Shown piece by piece: positions 23,584-32,000 of a DNA stretch of 32,000 bases. A model generated the notes under the pieces. It was not told the DNA's origin. It was given only the letters and a program-made list of their open reading frames with translations, and did not search any database. The stretch is taken from positions 30,001 through 62,000 of the forward strand of contig CAZXEQ010000001.1 in NCBI GenBank assembly GCA_964640155.1, given 5' to 3'. Source of the stretch: an uncultured bacterium. GTDB lineage: Bacteria > Auribacterota > JACPWU01. A program made the position numbers and the translations under genes. The first letter of the stretch is position 1, and each line of letters starts with the position of its first letter.

Positions 23584-26256
23584 TTATGAACCGTGTCTCA
23601 ATTGAGCATGAGCTGCTGCAAGTCTTGCCACAGGAACTCGATATGGAGAACAACTGACATAATCCAAACCAAGCATGTGACAGAATTCAACGGAAGAAGG
23701 ATTTCCTCCATGTTCACCGCAAATACCAAGCTTGATTTTTGGATTTACGGATCTACCCTTCTCAATCGCAATTTTCATCAACTGTCCTACTCCCTTGCGA
23801 TCAAGAATCTGGAAAGGATCATCTTGCAAAATACCCTTTTCAAGGTAATCTTTTAAGAAAACACCCGCATCATCTCGGCTGAAACCAAACGTCATCTGAG
23901 TTAAATCATTGGTTCCGAATGAGAAAAATTGAGCTATTTGAGCAATCTCATCCGCAGTCACTGCTGCTCGAGGAATTTCAATCATGGTACCAAAAAGATA
24001 TTCTAACTTTACTCCGCTTTTGGTAATGACATCCAGAGCCACTTCTTCAAGATCCGTTTTAAGGAATTTCAGCTCATTGACATCTCCCACCAATGGAATC
24101 ATAACTTCTGGAATCACTTTAATTCCTTTTTTGGTTACCTGACAAGCGGCTTCAAAAATAGCGCGCGTTTGCATTTTGTAAATTTCAGGATAGCTGATAC
24201 CCAAACGACAACCTCTGTGCCCAAGCATGGGGTTAAATTCATGGAGAGAGTCATTTTTAGCTTTAAGCTTTTCAACAGAAACATTGATTTTCTTAGCTAA
24301 ATCTTGCATTTCGGCTTCTGTGTGAGGAACAAATTCATGTAAAGGCGGATCCAGAAGACGAATGGTTACCGGCAGACCTTCCATTACCTCAAAGATTTCA
24401 ATAAAATCGCCTCTTTGAATCGGCAAAAGCTTGGTTAAAGCCTTTTCACGACCCTGTCGATCTTCCGCCAAAATCATTTCACGAACGGCGTCAATTCGAT
24501 CGCCTTCAAAAAACATATGCTCAGTACGACAAAGACCGATTCCTTCAGCTCCAAATTGTCGGGCCACCACACAATCTTTAGGTGTATCACCATTGGTTCT
24601 GACTTTGAGACGTCGAGCTTCATCTGCCCAAACCATTAACTCTCCAAATTCACCACTGAGTTCTGGACTTACCAAATTTACAGCACCAATAATCACTTCA
24701 CCGGTAGAACCATTCAGCGTAATCAAATCTCCTTCTTTAAGAACGGTTTTTCCAATAGTGCAAGTTCCCTTTTCCTCACTGATAAGAACGTCTTGGCAAC
24801 CGGCCACGCAGCATTTACCCATACCTCGAGCAACAACAGCCGCATGTGAAGTCATACCACCGCGTGCCGTTAGAATTCCCTGTGCAACCGCCATACCGCC
24901 AATGTCCTCAGGAGAAGTTTCAGCTCGAACTAAAACAACCTTCTTGCCCTGCTCATCCCATTCTTCAGCTTTGATAGCGGAAAAAACAATTTGTCCCACT
25001 GCAGCACCTGGAGATGCAGGCAAGCCTTTGGTGGCCGCTTTGTATTTTGTTTTTGGATCGATCATAGGATGAAGCAATTGATCTAATTGATCGGGCTGTA
25101 CACGCAAAATAGCTGTCTTCTTATCAATAGCCCCTTCTTTGAACATCTCCACAGCAACTTTGACAGCTGCTTGCGCCGTTCTTTTACCTGAACGGGTTTG
25201 AAGAAGATAAAGTTTTCCTTCTTGAATGGTAAATTCGATATCCTGCATGTCTTTATAATGCTGCTCTAACTTCAATGAAATCGCTTTGAATTCATTATAA
25301 GCAGACACCATCACCGTTTTTAATTCTTCAAGAGGAAGAGGTGTTCGAATACCTGCAACAACATCTTCACCTTGAGCATTCATCAAAAACTCTCCGTACA
25401 GCTTGTTCTCACCTGTAGAAGGATTTCGTGTAAAGGCAACTCCTGTTCCTGAAGTTGCTCCCATATTTCCAAAAACCATGGCTTGAATGTTTACGCCTGT
25501 ACCTACAAGTCCACGAATTTGATTGAGTTGACGATATTTAATAGCACGAGGATTATTCCAAGAATCGAACACCGCATTAATAGAAAGCCACATCTGCTCT
25601 TTTGGTTTTTCTGGGAAATCCTGTCCTGTGATCTCTCTGACAATCTTTTTATATTCACCCACCAGGGCTTTCAAATCCAAGGCATCTAATTCATGATCGA
25701 AATGAACACCTTTTTTCTCTTTTGCCTGAGTAAGTGCTTCTTCGAAGTGTTCACGATCAACTTTTAAAACAACATCTCCAAACATTTGGATAAATCTTCG
25801 GAAAGAATCCCAGGCAAAACGCTCATTTCCTGTTTTAGCAGCCAAACCATTCACGGATTGGGAATTAATTCCGAGATTCAAAATGGTATCCATCATTCCA
25901 GGCATGGACACAGCCGCGCCTGAACGAACAGACACCAATAAAGGATCATGTGCATCACCTAACTTTTTCCCCATTAATTTTTCAAGATTTTCTAAATGAG
26001 ATTCCACTTCTTTTTCAAGACCTTCAGGATATTGATTAGATCTTTCATAAAAGGCCTGACAGGCTTCCGTTGAAATGGTAAAACCTGGAGGAACAGGAAT
26101 GCCTAAATTGGTCATTTCAGCAAGGTTAGCTCCCTTACCACCCAACACTTGCTTCATTTGAGAACTACCTTCAGATTTTCCTCCACCAAAAAAATAAACA
26201 TATTTGACTGCTTTGGCCACAGGTTTTGCTATCACATCTTGAGTTGTTTTCTGCAT
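23584..26256 (-). CDS. ppdK: Pyruvate, phosphate dikinase
   Basis: PPDK hallmarks are present: [23 protein letters not shown], the phospho-His region [16 protein letters not shown], and C-terminal GICGEHGG. The ORF-track start at 26286 is a TTG. The ATG at 26256 (MQKTTQ...), with AAGGAG upstream, fits family N-termini better. Confidence 0.95.
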   Translation of the reverse strand: MQKTTQDVIAKPVAKAVKYVYFFGGGKSEGSSQMKQVLGGKGANLAEMTNLGIPVPPGFTISTEACQAFYERSNQYPEGLEKEVESHLENLEKLMGKKLGDAHDPLLVSVRSGAAVSMPGMMDTILNLGINSQSVNGLAAKTGNERFAWDSFRRFIQMFGDVVLKVDREHFEEALTQAKEKKGVHFDHELDALDLKALVGEYKKIVREITGQDFPEKPKEQMWLSINAVFDSWNNPRAIKYRQLNQIRGLVGTGVNIQAMVFGNMGATSGTGVAFTRNPSTGENKLYGEFLMNAQGEDVVAGIRTPLPLEELKTVMVSAYNEFKAISLKLEQHYKDMQDIEFTIQEGKLYLLQTRSGKRTAQAAVKVAVEMFKEGAIDKKTAILRVQPDQLDQLLHPMIDPKTKYKAATKGLPASPGAAVGQIVFSAIKAEEWDEQGKKVVLVRAETSPEDIGGMAVAQGILTARGGMTSHAAVVARGMGKCCVAGCQDVLISEEKGTCTIGKTVLKEGDLITLNGSTGEVIIGAVNLVSPELSGEFGELMVWADEARRLKVRTNGDTPKDCVVARQFGAEGIGLCRTEHMFFEGDRIDAVREMILAEDRQGREKALTKLLPIQRGDFIEIFEVMEGLPVTIRLLDPPLHEFVPHTEAEMQDLAKKINVSVEKLKAKNDSLHEFNPMLGHRGCRLGISYPEIYKMQTRAIFEAACQVTKKGIKVIPEVMIPLVGDVNELKFLKTDLEEVALDVITKSGVKLEYLFGTMIEIPRAAVTADEIAQIAQFFSFGTNDLTQMTFGFSRDDAGVFLKDYLEKGILQDDPFQILDRKGVGQLMKIAIEKGRSVNPKIKLGICGEHGGNPSSVEFCHMLGLDYVSCSPYRVPVARLAAAHAQLRHGS

Positions 26257-26298
26257 ACGTCTTGTGTCTCCTTTTCTTGTAATCAAAATAGAGTGATT

Positions 26299-28434
26299 CT
26301 ATTTATTTGACTTTTGACTGACTTTCGAAAGATCTGCAACATCATGCGCATAAAGCATATGAATCTTTTTTAATAAAACAAGCCGATTTTGTCTTATGGG
26401 CTCTTCTTTTACATTCACCAAAACTTTGTCAAAAAACACATGGAGAGGTTTGGAAAAAGCACTCACATAAGCCTCAAGCCCCTTCACAAAATGGCCCTCT
26501 CGAACAAAATTTGAGACGCTATCATAATTAGATTGATACGCTCTGTAAAGGTCTATTTCCTCTTTTTCTTTCAAAAGGCTTTCGTCGATTTTGACATTTT
26601 CTAAAGCCTGTCCCCCGGGGACTATAGAAGCTTGCCCCTTTACCATATTGGAAGTTCTTTCCATAATGACAATAGCTTCTGACAGTACGGAAGAGTTAAA
26701 CATTCCTTGAAGAGCTTGAACGATTTTATAAGCCCGGGCTGGATTGTCAACCTGACGATCTATCACCGTTCTAATCAATTCGTGATGAAAACTCTGGCCT
26801 AAAAAAAGATTTTCAAGACGTTCTTGAAAAAACTTTAACAGGGGTTCTATGGGGACTTGTTTTTTGGGCTCAAGCTTAAAGCCTTCTTCAATCAGTGTTT
26901 TTAATGATATGGAGATCTGATTTTCGTACAGAATTCTTAAAAGACCTGAGCTTAAACGTCTCAGACCGTAAGGGTCCTGAGAACCCGTTGGCATGAGTCC
27001 AGCCTTAAAAGCTACAATAATCGTGTCCAATTTATCCACGAAAGCTAAGAAGGCACCAACCCGAGTTTTAGGTAAGACTCCTTCTGAACCCGACAAAGGA
27101 AGATAATGTTCACGAATGGCATTTGCAATTTCAGTTGATTCTCCTGAAACAACCGCATATTCTCCACCCATAATGCCTTGAAGCGCAGGAAATTCCCCTA
27201 CCATGGCCGTAACAAGATCTGCTTTGCAAAGCATGGCCGCACGTTTGAAGGATTCAGTAAAAGATTTTTCTAATTTTAATACCTGAGATAAAAAATCCGA
27301 AAGAAAAACCAAACGTTCTTTTTTATCAAAATAGGTTCCTAATTTTTCTTGAAACACAACATGTTTCAAATCTTCAACTCGATCAATTAGTTTATGTTTT
27401 TGATCTTGATCCCAAAAGAAAGCTGCATCTGCTAAACGAGCTCGTAAAACACGTTGATTTCCACGAACCACTGTCTCACTGGCTTGACCAGAACCATTCA
27501 TCACTACTACAAATTTGGATAGAAGCTTTCCCGAAGTCTTATCATAAACAGGCAAATATTTTTGATGATATTGAATAGCCGTTGAAAGCAAGGCTTGAGG
27601 AATTCTTAAGAATTCATGGTCGAACTCCCCCACTCCAACTTTTGGAGATTCAACAAGATTGGCCAATTCAGAAAGTAAATCTAGATTTTCTTCATGAATG
27701 ACCCCCGTTTTTCCCAATACTTTTTGAACTTGTTCCTGAATGTCTTTCAAACGGTCTTCAATATCAGCCGTGACCCCTTTAGACATAAGCAGCTTTTTAT
27801 AAAGATCAATGTCTGCTTTAGGAATAGAAATTTTTGAATTCTTAACCCAGCGTAAACCATAGCTGATACGGTCCGAAGCAAGAGATTCTAATTTAAAAGG
27901 AATAACTTGCTTTCCCAAAAGAGCAACCACCCACGAAATAGGTCTTGCAAAAAAGATATTTCCTTCTCCCCAACGCATGGATTTTGGAAAACGAAACGAA
28001 GAAATTAAACGAGCAAGATTTTCTTTAAGCAAAATAAGAGTGCTCTTACCTTTTGTTTTCTTTTCAGAAAAGATATATTCCCCTTTATCTACATTCTCTC
28101 GAACAAGATCTGAAACTAAAATTCCCTGTTTCTGAGCAAATGCAATAGCCGCCTGAGTCCATTGTCCTTGAGCATCCACAGCGATAGAAACAGGAGGGCC
28201 TTTGATTTTTTCAGCATGATCCCCTTGCAGAGAAGAAACATTTGGAATAAAGAGGGTTAAGCGACGGGGTGTAAATAACATTTTAATATCTTCACCAAAA
28301 GAAACACGACTTGTCTTAAGAAACTGGACAATTGAATTCTTAAAATCACGAGAAGCATTCTGAATAAATCGGGCTGGAATTTCTTCAGTTCCAATTTCAA
28401 TCAAAAGATTTTCTTGTTTTAAATTTTTTGGCAT
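26299..28434 (-). CDS. glyS: Glycyl-tRNA synthetase beta subunit
   Basis: N-terminal LLIEIGTEEIPARF is the canonical GlyS start region. The ATG at 28434 lies 8 nt after the glyQ stop. The track's longer ORF, starting at 28494, would overlap glyQ by 52 nt. Confidence 0.93.
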   Translation of the reverse strand: MPKNLKQENLLIEIGTEEIPARFIQNASRDFKNSIVQFLKTSRVSFGEDIKMLFTPRRLTLFIPNVSSLQGDHAEKIKGPPVSIAVDAQGQWTQAAIAFAQKQGILVSDLVRENVDKGEYIFSEKKTKGKSTLILLKENLARLISSFRFPKSMRWGEGNIFFARPISWVVALLGKQVIPFKLESLASDRISYGLRWVKNSKISIPKADIDLYKKLLMSKGVTADIEDRLKDIQEQVQKVLGKTGVIHEENLDLLSELANLVESPKVGVGEFDHEFLRIPQALLSTAIQYHQKYLPVYDKTSGKLLSKFVVVMNGSGQASETVVRGNQRVLRARLADAAFFWDQDQKHKLIDRVEDLKHVVFQEKLGTYFDKKERLVFLSDFLSQVLKLEKSFTESFKRAAMLCKADLVTAMVGEFPALQGIMGGEYAVVSGESTEIANAIREHYLPLSGSEGVLPKTRVGAFLAFVDKLDTIIVAFKAGLMPTGSQDPYGLRRLSSGLLRILYENQISISLKTLIEEGFKLEPKKQVPIEPLLKFFQERLENLFLGQSFHHELIRTVIDRQVDNPARAYKIVQALQGMFNSSVLSEAIVIMERTSNMVKGQASIVPGGQALENVKIDESLLKEKEEIDLYRAYQSNYDSVSNFVREGHFVKGLEAYVSAFSKPLHVFFDKVLVNVKEEPIRQNRLVLLKKIHMLYAHDVADLSKVSQKSNK

Positions 28435-28442
28435 AAAAGACT

Positions 28443-29333
28443 CTATTTTTTTGTCTCTTGAGGCTGCAAACGCTCTAGATATCTCACGGCACATTCTTTT
28501 GCTAATACCCGAATTCTCATAATAAAAGCAGTTCGTTCGGTCACACTGATCGCTCGACGGGCATCTAAAATGTTAAAGGCGTGAGAGCATTGAAGCAGAG
28601 AATCATAAGCCGGGAAAATTAAATCTTGAGCTAACAAATCTTTGGATTCTTTTTCTCTTTGATCAAAAACAGAAAAATAAGTTTTTGTTTCTGCCCTCTC
28701 AAAATTAAAGCAGGAAAATTCATATTCCCACTGTTTTCGTAATTCCCCGTAAGTAACGCGCTCATTCCATTTTAAATCAAAAACATTATTTACATCTTGA
28801 AGATACATCGCAATGCGCTCAAGACCATAAGTCAATTCAACGGATACAGGTCGAAGTTCAATCCCACCCATTTGCTGAAAATAGGTAAACTGTGTGATTT
28901 CCATACCATCACACCACACTTCCCACCCCAAACCATTGGCACCTAAAGAGGGAGATTCCCAATCATCCTCTACGAAGCGAATGTCATGCTCATGAGGATC
29001 GATACCAATTTCAGCAAGGCTCTTTAAATAGAGATCCTGAACATTCACGGGAGAAGGTTTTAAAATGACTTGATATTGATGATGTTGATAAACACGGTTG
29101 GGATTATCGCCATAACGACCATCCGCGGGACGACGTGAAGGTTGCACATAGCCCACACGCCAAGGTTGAGGTCCCAAAACCTTAAAGAATGTCAGAGGAT
29201 TAGACGTTCCTGCTCCCACTTCCATGTCATAACCAAAACCCATCGCACAACCTTGTGAAGCCCAATATTTTTCAAGACGCATAATAAGATCTTGAAAGGT
29301 AAAACCTATTTTTTGATTTACTTTTTTTGGCAC
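28443..29333 (-). CDS. glyQ: Glycyl-tRNA synthetase alpha subunit
   Basis: 296 aa. Highly conserved GlyQ sequence, including [36 protein letters not shown] and [21 protein letters not shown]. Confidence 0.95.
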   Translation of the reverse strand: MPKKVNQKIGFTFQDLIMRLEKYWASQGCAMGFGYDMEVGAGTSNPLTFFKVLGPQPWRVGYVQPSRRPADGRYGDNPNRVYQHHQYQVILKPSPVNVQDLYLKSLAEIGIDPHEHDIRFVEDDWESPSLGANGLGWEVWCDGMEITQFTYFQQMGGIELRPVSVELTYGLERIAMYLQDVNNVFDLKWNERVTYGELRKQWEYEFSCFNFERAETKTYFSVFDQREKESKDLLAQDLIFPAYDSLLQCSHAFNILDARRAISVTERTAFIMRIRVLAKECAVRYLERLQPQETKK

Positions 29334-29360
29334 AAAAATCCCTAGACACTTAAGATTTGA

Positions 29361-30095
29361 TTAAACTGGGAGTAGAAATTTGCGAGATTTTAGCGGCTTT
29401 TCCAGATGAAAGTCAATATAAAACCAAAACAACCGACAGAGCTCTGAATGCTGTTCTATGGGAATATTTTGAAAGTCTTTTTTCTCTAAATACATGCAAG
29501 CATTCAAAGTCTGAACCTCAAAAGATTCCCCCCAATTCCGACTGGTTTGTGAACATTCCAGACAAAAAAGTTGTCCTTTAGCTGAGTTCAGAAAAATCTT
29601 GTCTTTAAAACTTTTTTTACAGGAGGGACAAGCTAAAAGGCTCGCCCACAAGCCAAATGTTTTTAAAAGAGTCCACTCAAAAAAACGAACATTCAAATCT
29701 AGATTTTGATTTTTTGAGATAGATTGAAGGATTTCAAGAGTGGCATCAAAAAGATCGGGATGGGGATCTTCAAGTTCACTAAACTGATCCAAAAGTTCTA
29801 AGATATAAGCGATTCGATATAATTGATCTAGAGTCTGATGAGATGAATTAAAATTCTGCTGAAGATGAGCTTCTCTTAAAAGACTTAAGCCTTTAAAATC
29901 TGGACGATGTAAGAATAAAAGTTCATAACAAGTTCCATGCTCAAAAGAGGCTCCATAGGAACGCGACTTTTTCTTGGCCCCCTTGATTAAAAAATGAAGT
30001 TTTCCAAAGTCTTTGGTAAAAAAAATAGTTACAAGACTTGTTTCTGAATAATCTCGTTTGCGTAAAAGAATCGCTGAAGTTCGGGCTAAGGACAT
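29361..30095 (-). CDS. recO: DNA repair protein RecO
   Basis: 244 aa. N-terminal OB-fold region AILLRKRDYSETSLVTIFFTKDFGKL and a C-terminal Cys4 zinc motif CPSC...CLEC. Confidence 0.85.
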   Translation of the reverse strand: MSLARTSAILLRKRDYSETSLVTIFFTKDFGKLHFLIKGAKKKSRSYGASFEHGTCYELLFLHRPDFKGLSLLREAHLQQNFNSSHQTLDQLYRIAYILELLDQFSELEDPHPDLFDATLEILQSISKNQNLDLNVRFFEWTLLKTFGLWASLLACPSCKKSFKDKIFLNSAKGQLFCLECSQTSRNWGESFEVQTLNACMYLEKKDFQNIPIEQHSELCRLFWFYIDFHLEKPLKSRKFLLPV

Positions 30096-30134
30096 AGGAT
30101 TGATAGTTGATCAATGGGAGTGAACTCTTGATGA

Positions 30135-30770
30135 TCAATTCGTAACAATTTTAGGGGATACAATCCCACTTGAAATAATCATTTTAAATGCATCTTCAAC
30201 CGATAAATTAATTTTTGTGAGTTTATCTTTAGCAACAAAGACCAAAAATCCTGTTGTGGGGTTTGGCGCTGTTGGAATAAAGACACTGACAGATTCGCTA
30301 GAAACTTTATCTCGAATTTCTCCGCGAGGCTCCGAAGTTATAAACCCTATCGAAAAAATTCCATCTTTTGGGAATTCAACCAAAACAACCCCACGGAAAG
30401 CTCTTTCATCCCCCCAAAAAGATTCGAAAATTTGTTTTAAAGCATAATAAATTTTATTGAGAACAGGAATTTTACTTAAAAAAGCCTCCCCCATTTGAAT
30501 AAGTTTTTTGCCAATATAATTTCGAGCAATTAATCCAATCAATACCACCGTAAAAAATAAAATTAAAAGCGCAAGAAAACGCCAAATCATTCTTTCCCAA
30601 ACGGTACTAATCGCATGAGGACTTAAAACCTGGTAAATGTAGTCTGTTACCTGTGTAAAAAGAAGGGATAAAATCCAAAACGATCCTAAAATAGGTAAGG
30701 ACACCAAAAGTCCTGTAAAAAAATAAATTTTTATTTTATGTTTTAATGATGAGTTTTGTTCAAAAACCAT
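30135..30770 (-). CDS. DUF502-family integral membrane protein
   Basis: 211 aa. Two N-terminal TM helices (YFFTGLLVSLPILGSFWILSLLF; FLALLILFFTVVLIGLIA), followed by the typical P..N.IY...K and PNPTTGFL region. Confidence 0.72.
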   Translation of the reverse strand: MVFEQNSSLKHKIKIYFFTGLLVSLPILGSFWILSLLFTQVTDYIYQVLSPHAISTVWERMIWRFLALLILFFTVVLIGLIARNYIGKKLIQMGEAFLSKIPVLNKIYYALKQIFESFWGDERAFRGVVLVEFPKDGIFSIGFITSEPRGEIRDKVSSESVSVFIPTAPNPTTGFLVFVAKDKLTKINLSVEDAFKMIISSGIVSPKIVTN

Positions 30771-30779
30771 AAATCATTC

Positions 30780-31523
30780 CTACATCTGATAAACAAATTG
30801 AAAGATAAAAAGAGAAAATAAAATTCCTAAAAAAGCCCCAAATAAAACTTCTCGAAAACGATGAGCGCCTACTTCCATACGGCTCTGCCCCACCATAATC
30901 GCCATAAAAAAAGTTAATACCATAATCAAAGTACTTCTTGAAAGAATCGTCACAATAGTTGCTATGGAAAAGGCCACTGCAGAATGAACACTGGGCATCC
31001 CACCATAAAATGGAGTCCCTTTTCCAATAAAAATTTTGACCGTAATCGCAATCATAAAAACACCTAAAAGAGCAATCAATGTCACATACCAAGGACTTGC
31101 AAGAATGTGTGTAATACCGATGGCAAAGGGATGACTGAGATATTTGGAGAGGACTAAATACCCCACAATAACGGCTGACCCCGTCGAAATCAAAACTGCA
31201 CCCGCACTTACGTCTTTGGCCAAACGAACCAAGGGATGATAACTCTCACTCATTACGTCCATCATCATTTCTAAAGCACTGTTAAACATTTCAGAAATAA
31301 GAACGGTTACAACCGCAAAAAGCAAAAATAAAAAATCAGGGAAATTAACTTTTAAAAAAACACTTAAAATTAAAAGCAAAATAGCAAAAATAAAATGCAC
31401 TTTCATATTACGCTGATGTTTAAAGACATGAATCAACCCTTGAATGGCATGATTCAAGCTTTGAACCCAGGGGTGTTTTTGTTTTTGATATTCTTTTTTC
31501 ATCAGAAATTTAAATCCCATCAT
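30780..31523 (-). CDS. dgkA: Fusion protein: DgkA-type lipid kinase (N-terminal) plus PAP2-family phosphatase (C-terminal)
   Basis: 247 aa. DgkA motifs SEMFNSALEMMMD and AKDVSAGAVL fall within aa 1-125. PAP2 motifs KIFIGKGTP, PSVHS and SRMEVGAHRFRE fall within aa 165-225. The gene overlaps the ybeY stop by 14 nt. Confidence 0.8.
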   Translation of the reverse strand: MMGFKFLMKKEYQKQKHPWVQSLNHAIQGLIHVFKHQRNMKVHFIFAILLLILSVFLKVNFPDFLFLLFAVVTVLISEMFNSALEMMMDVMSESYHPLVRLAKDVSAGAVLISTGSAVIVGYLVLSKYLSHPFAIGITHILASPWYVTLIALLGVFMIAITVKIFIGKGTPFYGGMPSVHSAVAFSIATIVTILSRSTLIMVLTFFMAIMVGQSRMEVGAHRFREVLFGAFLGILFSLFIFQFVYQM

Positions 31524-31986
31524 AATATTTTTTGAGAATATTTTCTTGCATCAACCACATCTTTTCATATTGCTTCGGCTGATGGTCTCGATATCCTAAA
31601 AGATGTAAAGTCCCATGAACAATGTATCGTGCGACTTCTTCTCTAAATCTTGAATCAAATATTTTTGCTTGTGCTTTGGCTCTTTCAACTGACACGATGA
31701 CTTCACCCAACATCCATCGTCCATTCATCATTTCTTCCATAGGAAATGCTAACACATCTGTCGCTATATTTTGAGCATGAAACTTTTGATTTAAACGCTT
31801 GATAACTCGATCTGAAACAAGAGAAATATGAAGTTCAATGGGGACTTTTTTACGAAGTCTGACCTTTTTCAAAATAATTTTAGCTAAAGCTTGAATTTTA
31901 TTTTTTCGAAAAGATCCGAAAGAACGATTATCAACCTCTACAAAAGAAACCTCATAAGATTTTTTATGTTGCGGCAAGATCTTCAA
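31510..31986 (-). CDS. ybeY: Endoribonuclease YbeY (rRNA maturation factor)
   Basis: 158 aa. Zinc motif HGTLHLLGYRDH and ATDVLAFPM. The listed start at 31986 is a TTG and the frame stays open to the window edge, so the true start is uncertain. Confidence 0.88.
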   Translation of the reverse strand: MKILPQHKKSYEVSFVEVDNRSFGSFRKNKIQALAKIILKKVRLRKKVPIELHISLVSDRVIKRLNQKFHAQNIATDVLAFPMEEMMNGRWMLGEVIVSVERAKAQAKIFDSRFREEVARYIVHGTLHLLGYRDHQPKQYEKMWLMQENILKKYYDGI

Positions 31987-32000
31987 ATCCTTGAGAAGCA

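Noticed and set aside
24431-25072. A 213-aa plus-strand ORF, and other plus-strand ORFs inside ppdK (23593-23856, 25483-25689).
   Set aside because: They are antisense to a highly conserved ppdK coding sequence and have the Ser/Pro/Arg/Ala-rich composition typical of antisense frames.
28435-28494. A 52-nt overlap of glyS with glyQ, implied by the longest ORF (start 28494).
   Set aside because: The conserved GlyS N-terminus (LLIEIGTEEIP) begins just after the ATG at 28434. The upstream extension [20 protein letters not shown] has no homolog-like features.
29334-29360. A T-box leader upstream of glyQS, as found in Firmicutes.
   Set aside because: Only 27 nt separate recO from glyQ, which is far too short for a T-box. 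The genes appear to be co-transcribed.
1-32000. CRISPR arrays, diversity-generating retroelement repeats, IS elements or transposase and integrase genes.
   Set aside because: I saw no regularly spaced direct repeats, no reverse transcriptase, transposase or integrase ORF, and no terminal inverted repeats apart from the small tRNA-linked elements reported above.

Overview
This is a 32-kb window of AT-rich (about 40% GC) DNA from a diderm bacterium. Every gene I can support lies on the minus strand.

**Right part (nt 17,177-32,000), mainly core genes:** ybeY, a dgkA-PAP2 fusion, a DUF502 membrane protein, recO, glyQ, glyS and ppdK, ending at an intrinsic terminator. These are followed by a compact sigma-70 factor, apt, tRNA-Arg(CCU), a YfgM-like TPR anchor, an AlgE-like porin with a strong terminator, tRNA-Gln(CUG), tRNA-Glu(CUC), a secreted 269-aa protein and trmL.

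**Left 12.85 kb (nt 2-12,853):** the supplied ORF track makes it look empty, but it is one uninterrupted minus-strand reading frame. It starts at the ATG at 12853 and is still open at nt 2, giving at least 4,284 codons. I translated every line by hand and found no stop. The track presumably omits it because its stop codon lies beyond the window edge.

**Content of this giant protein, from the hand translation:**
- a Sec-type signal peptide;
- an N-terminal module paralogous to the adjacent 1,063-aa protein, with ChaN/TraB/Tiki-like His motifs;
- internal hydrophobic segments and a Ser/Thr/Pro-rich linker;
- three tandem TolC-protomer-sized units (six OEP repeats). This could form a complete single-chain pseudo-trimeric outer-membrane channel;
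- a coiled coil;
- a glucoamylase-like (alpha/alpha)6 glycoside-hydrolase-type domain;
- further unassigned sequence.

The ORF switches abruptly from Lys-rich to almost Lys-free and Arg-rich at about aa 1,400-1,500.

**Second unusual signal:** a family of GC-rich structured mini-elements of about 140-250 nt sits directly behind all three tRNA genes. Two of them are bounded by direct repeats that duplicate the T-loop-to-3'-end of their own tRNA, which looks like an att site. All three share a hairpin with compensatory base changes.

Giant genes of this kind have been reported in uncultivated lineages such as Omnitrophota, but the taxon cannot be established from this window. All domain calls rest on motif recognition by eye, not on database searches.
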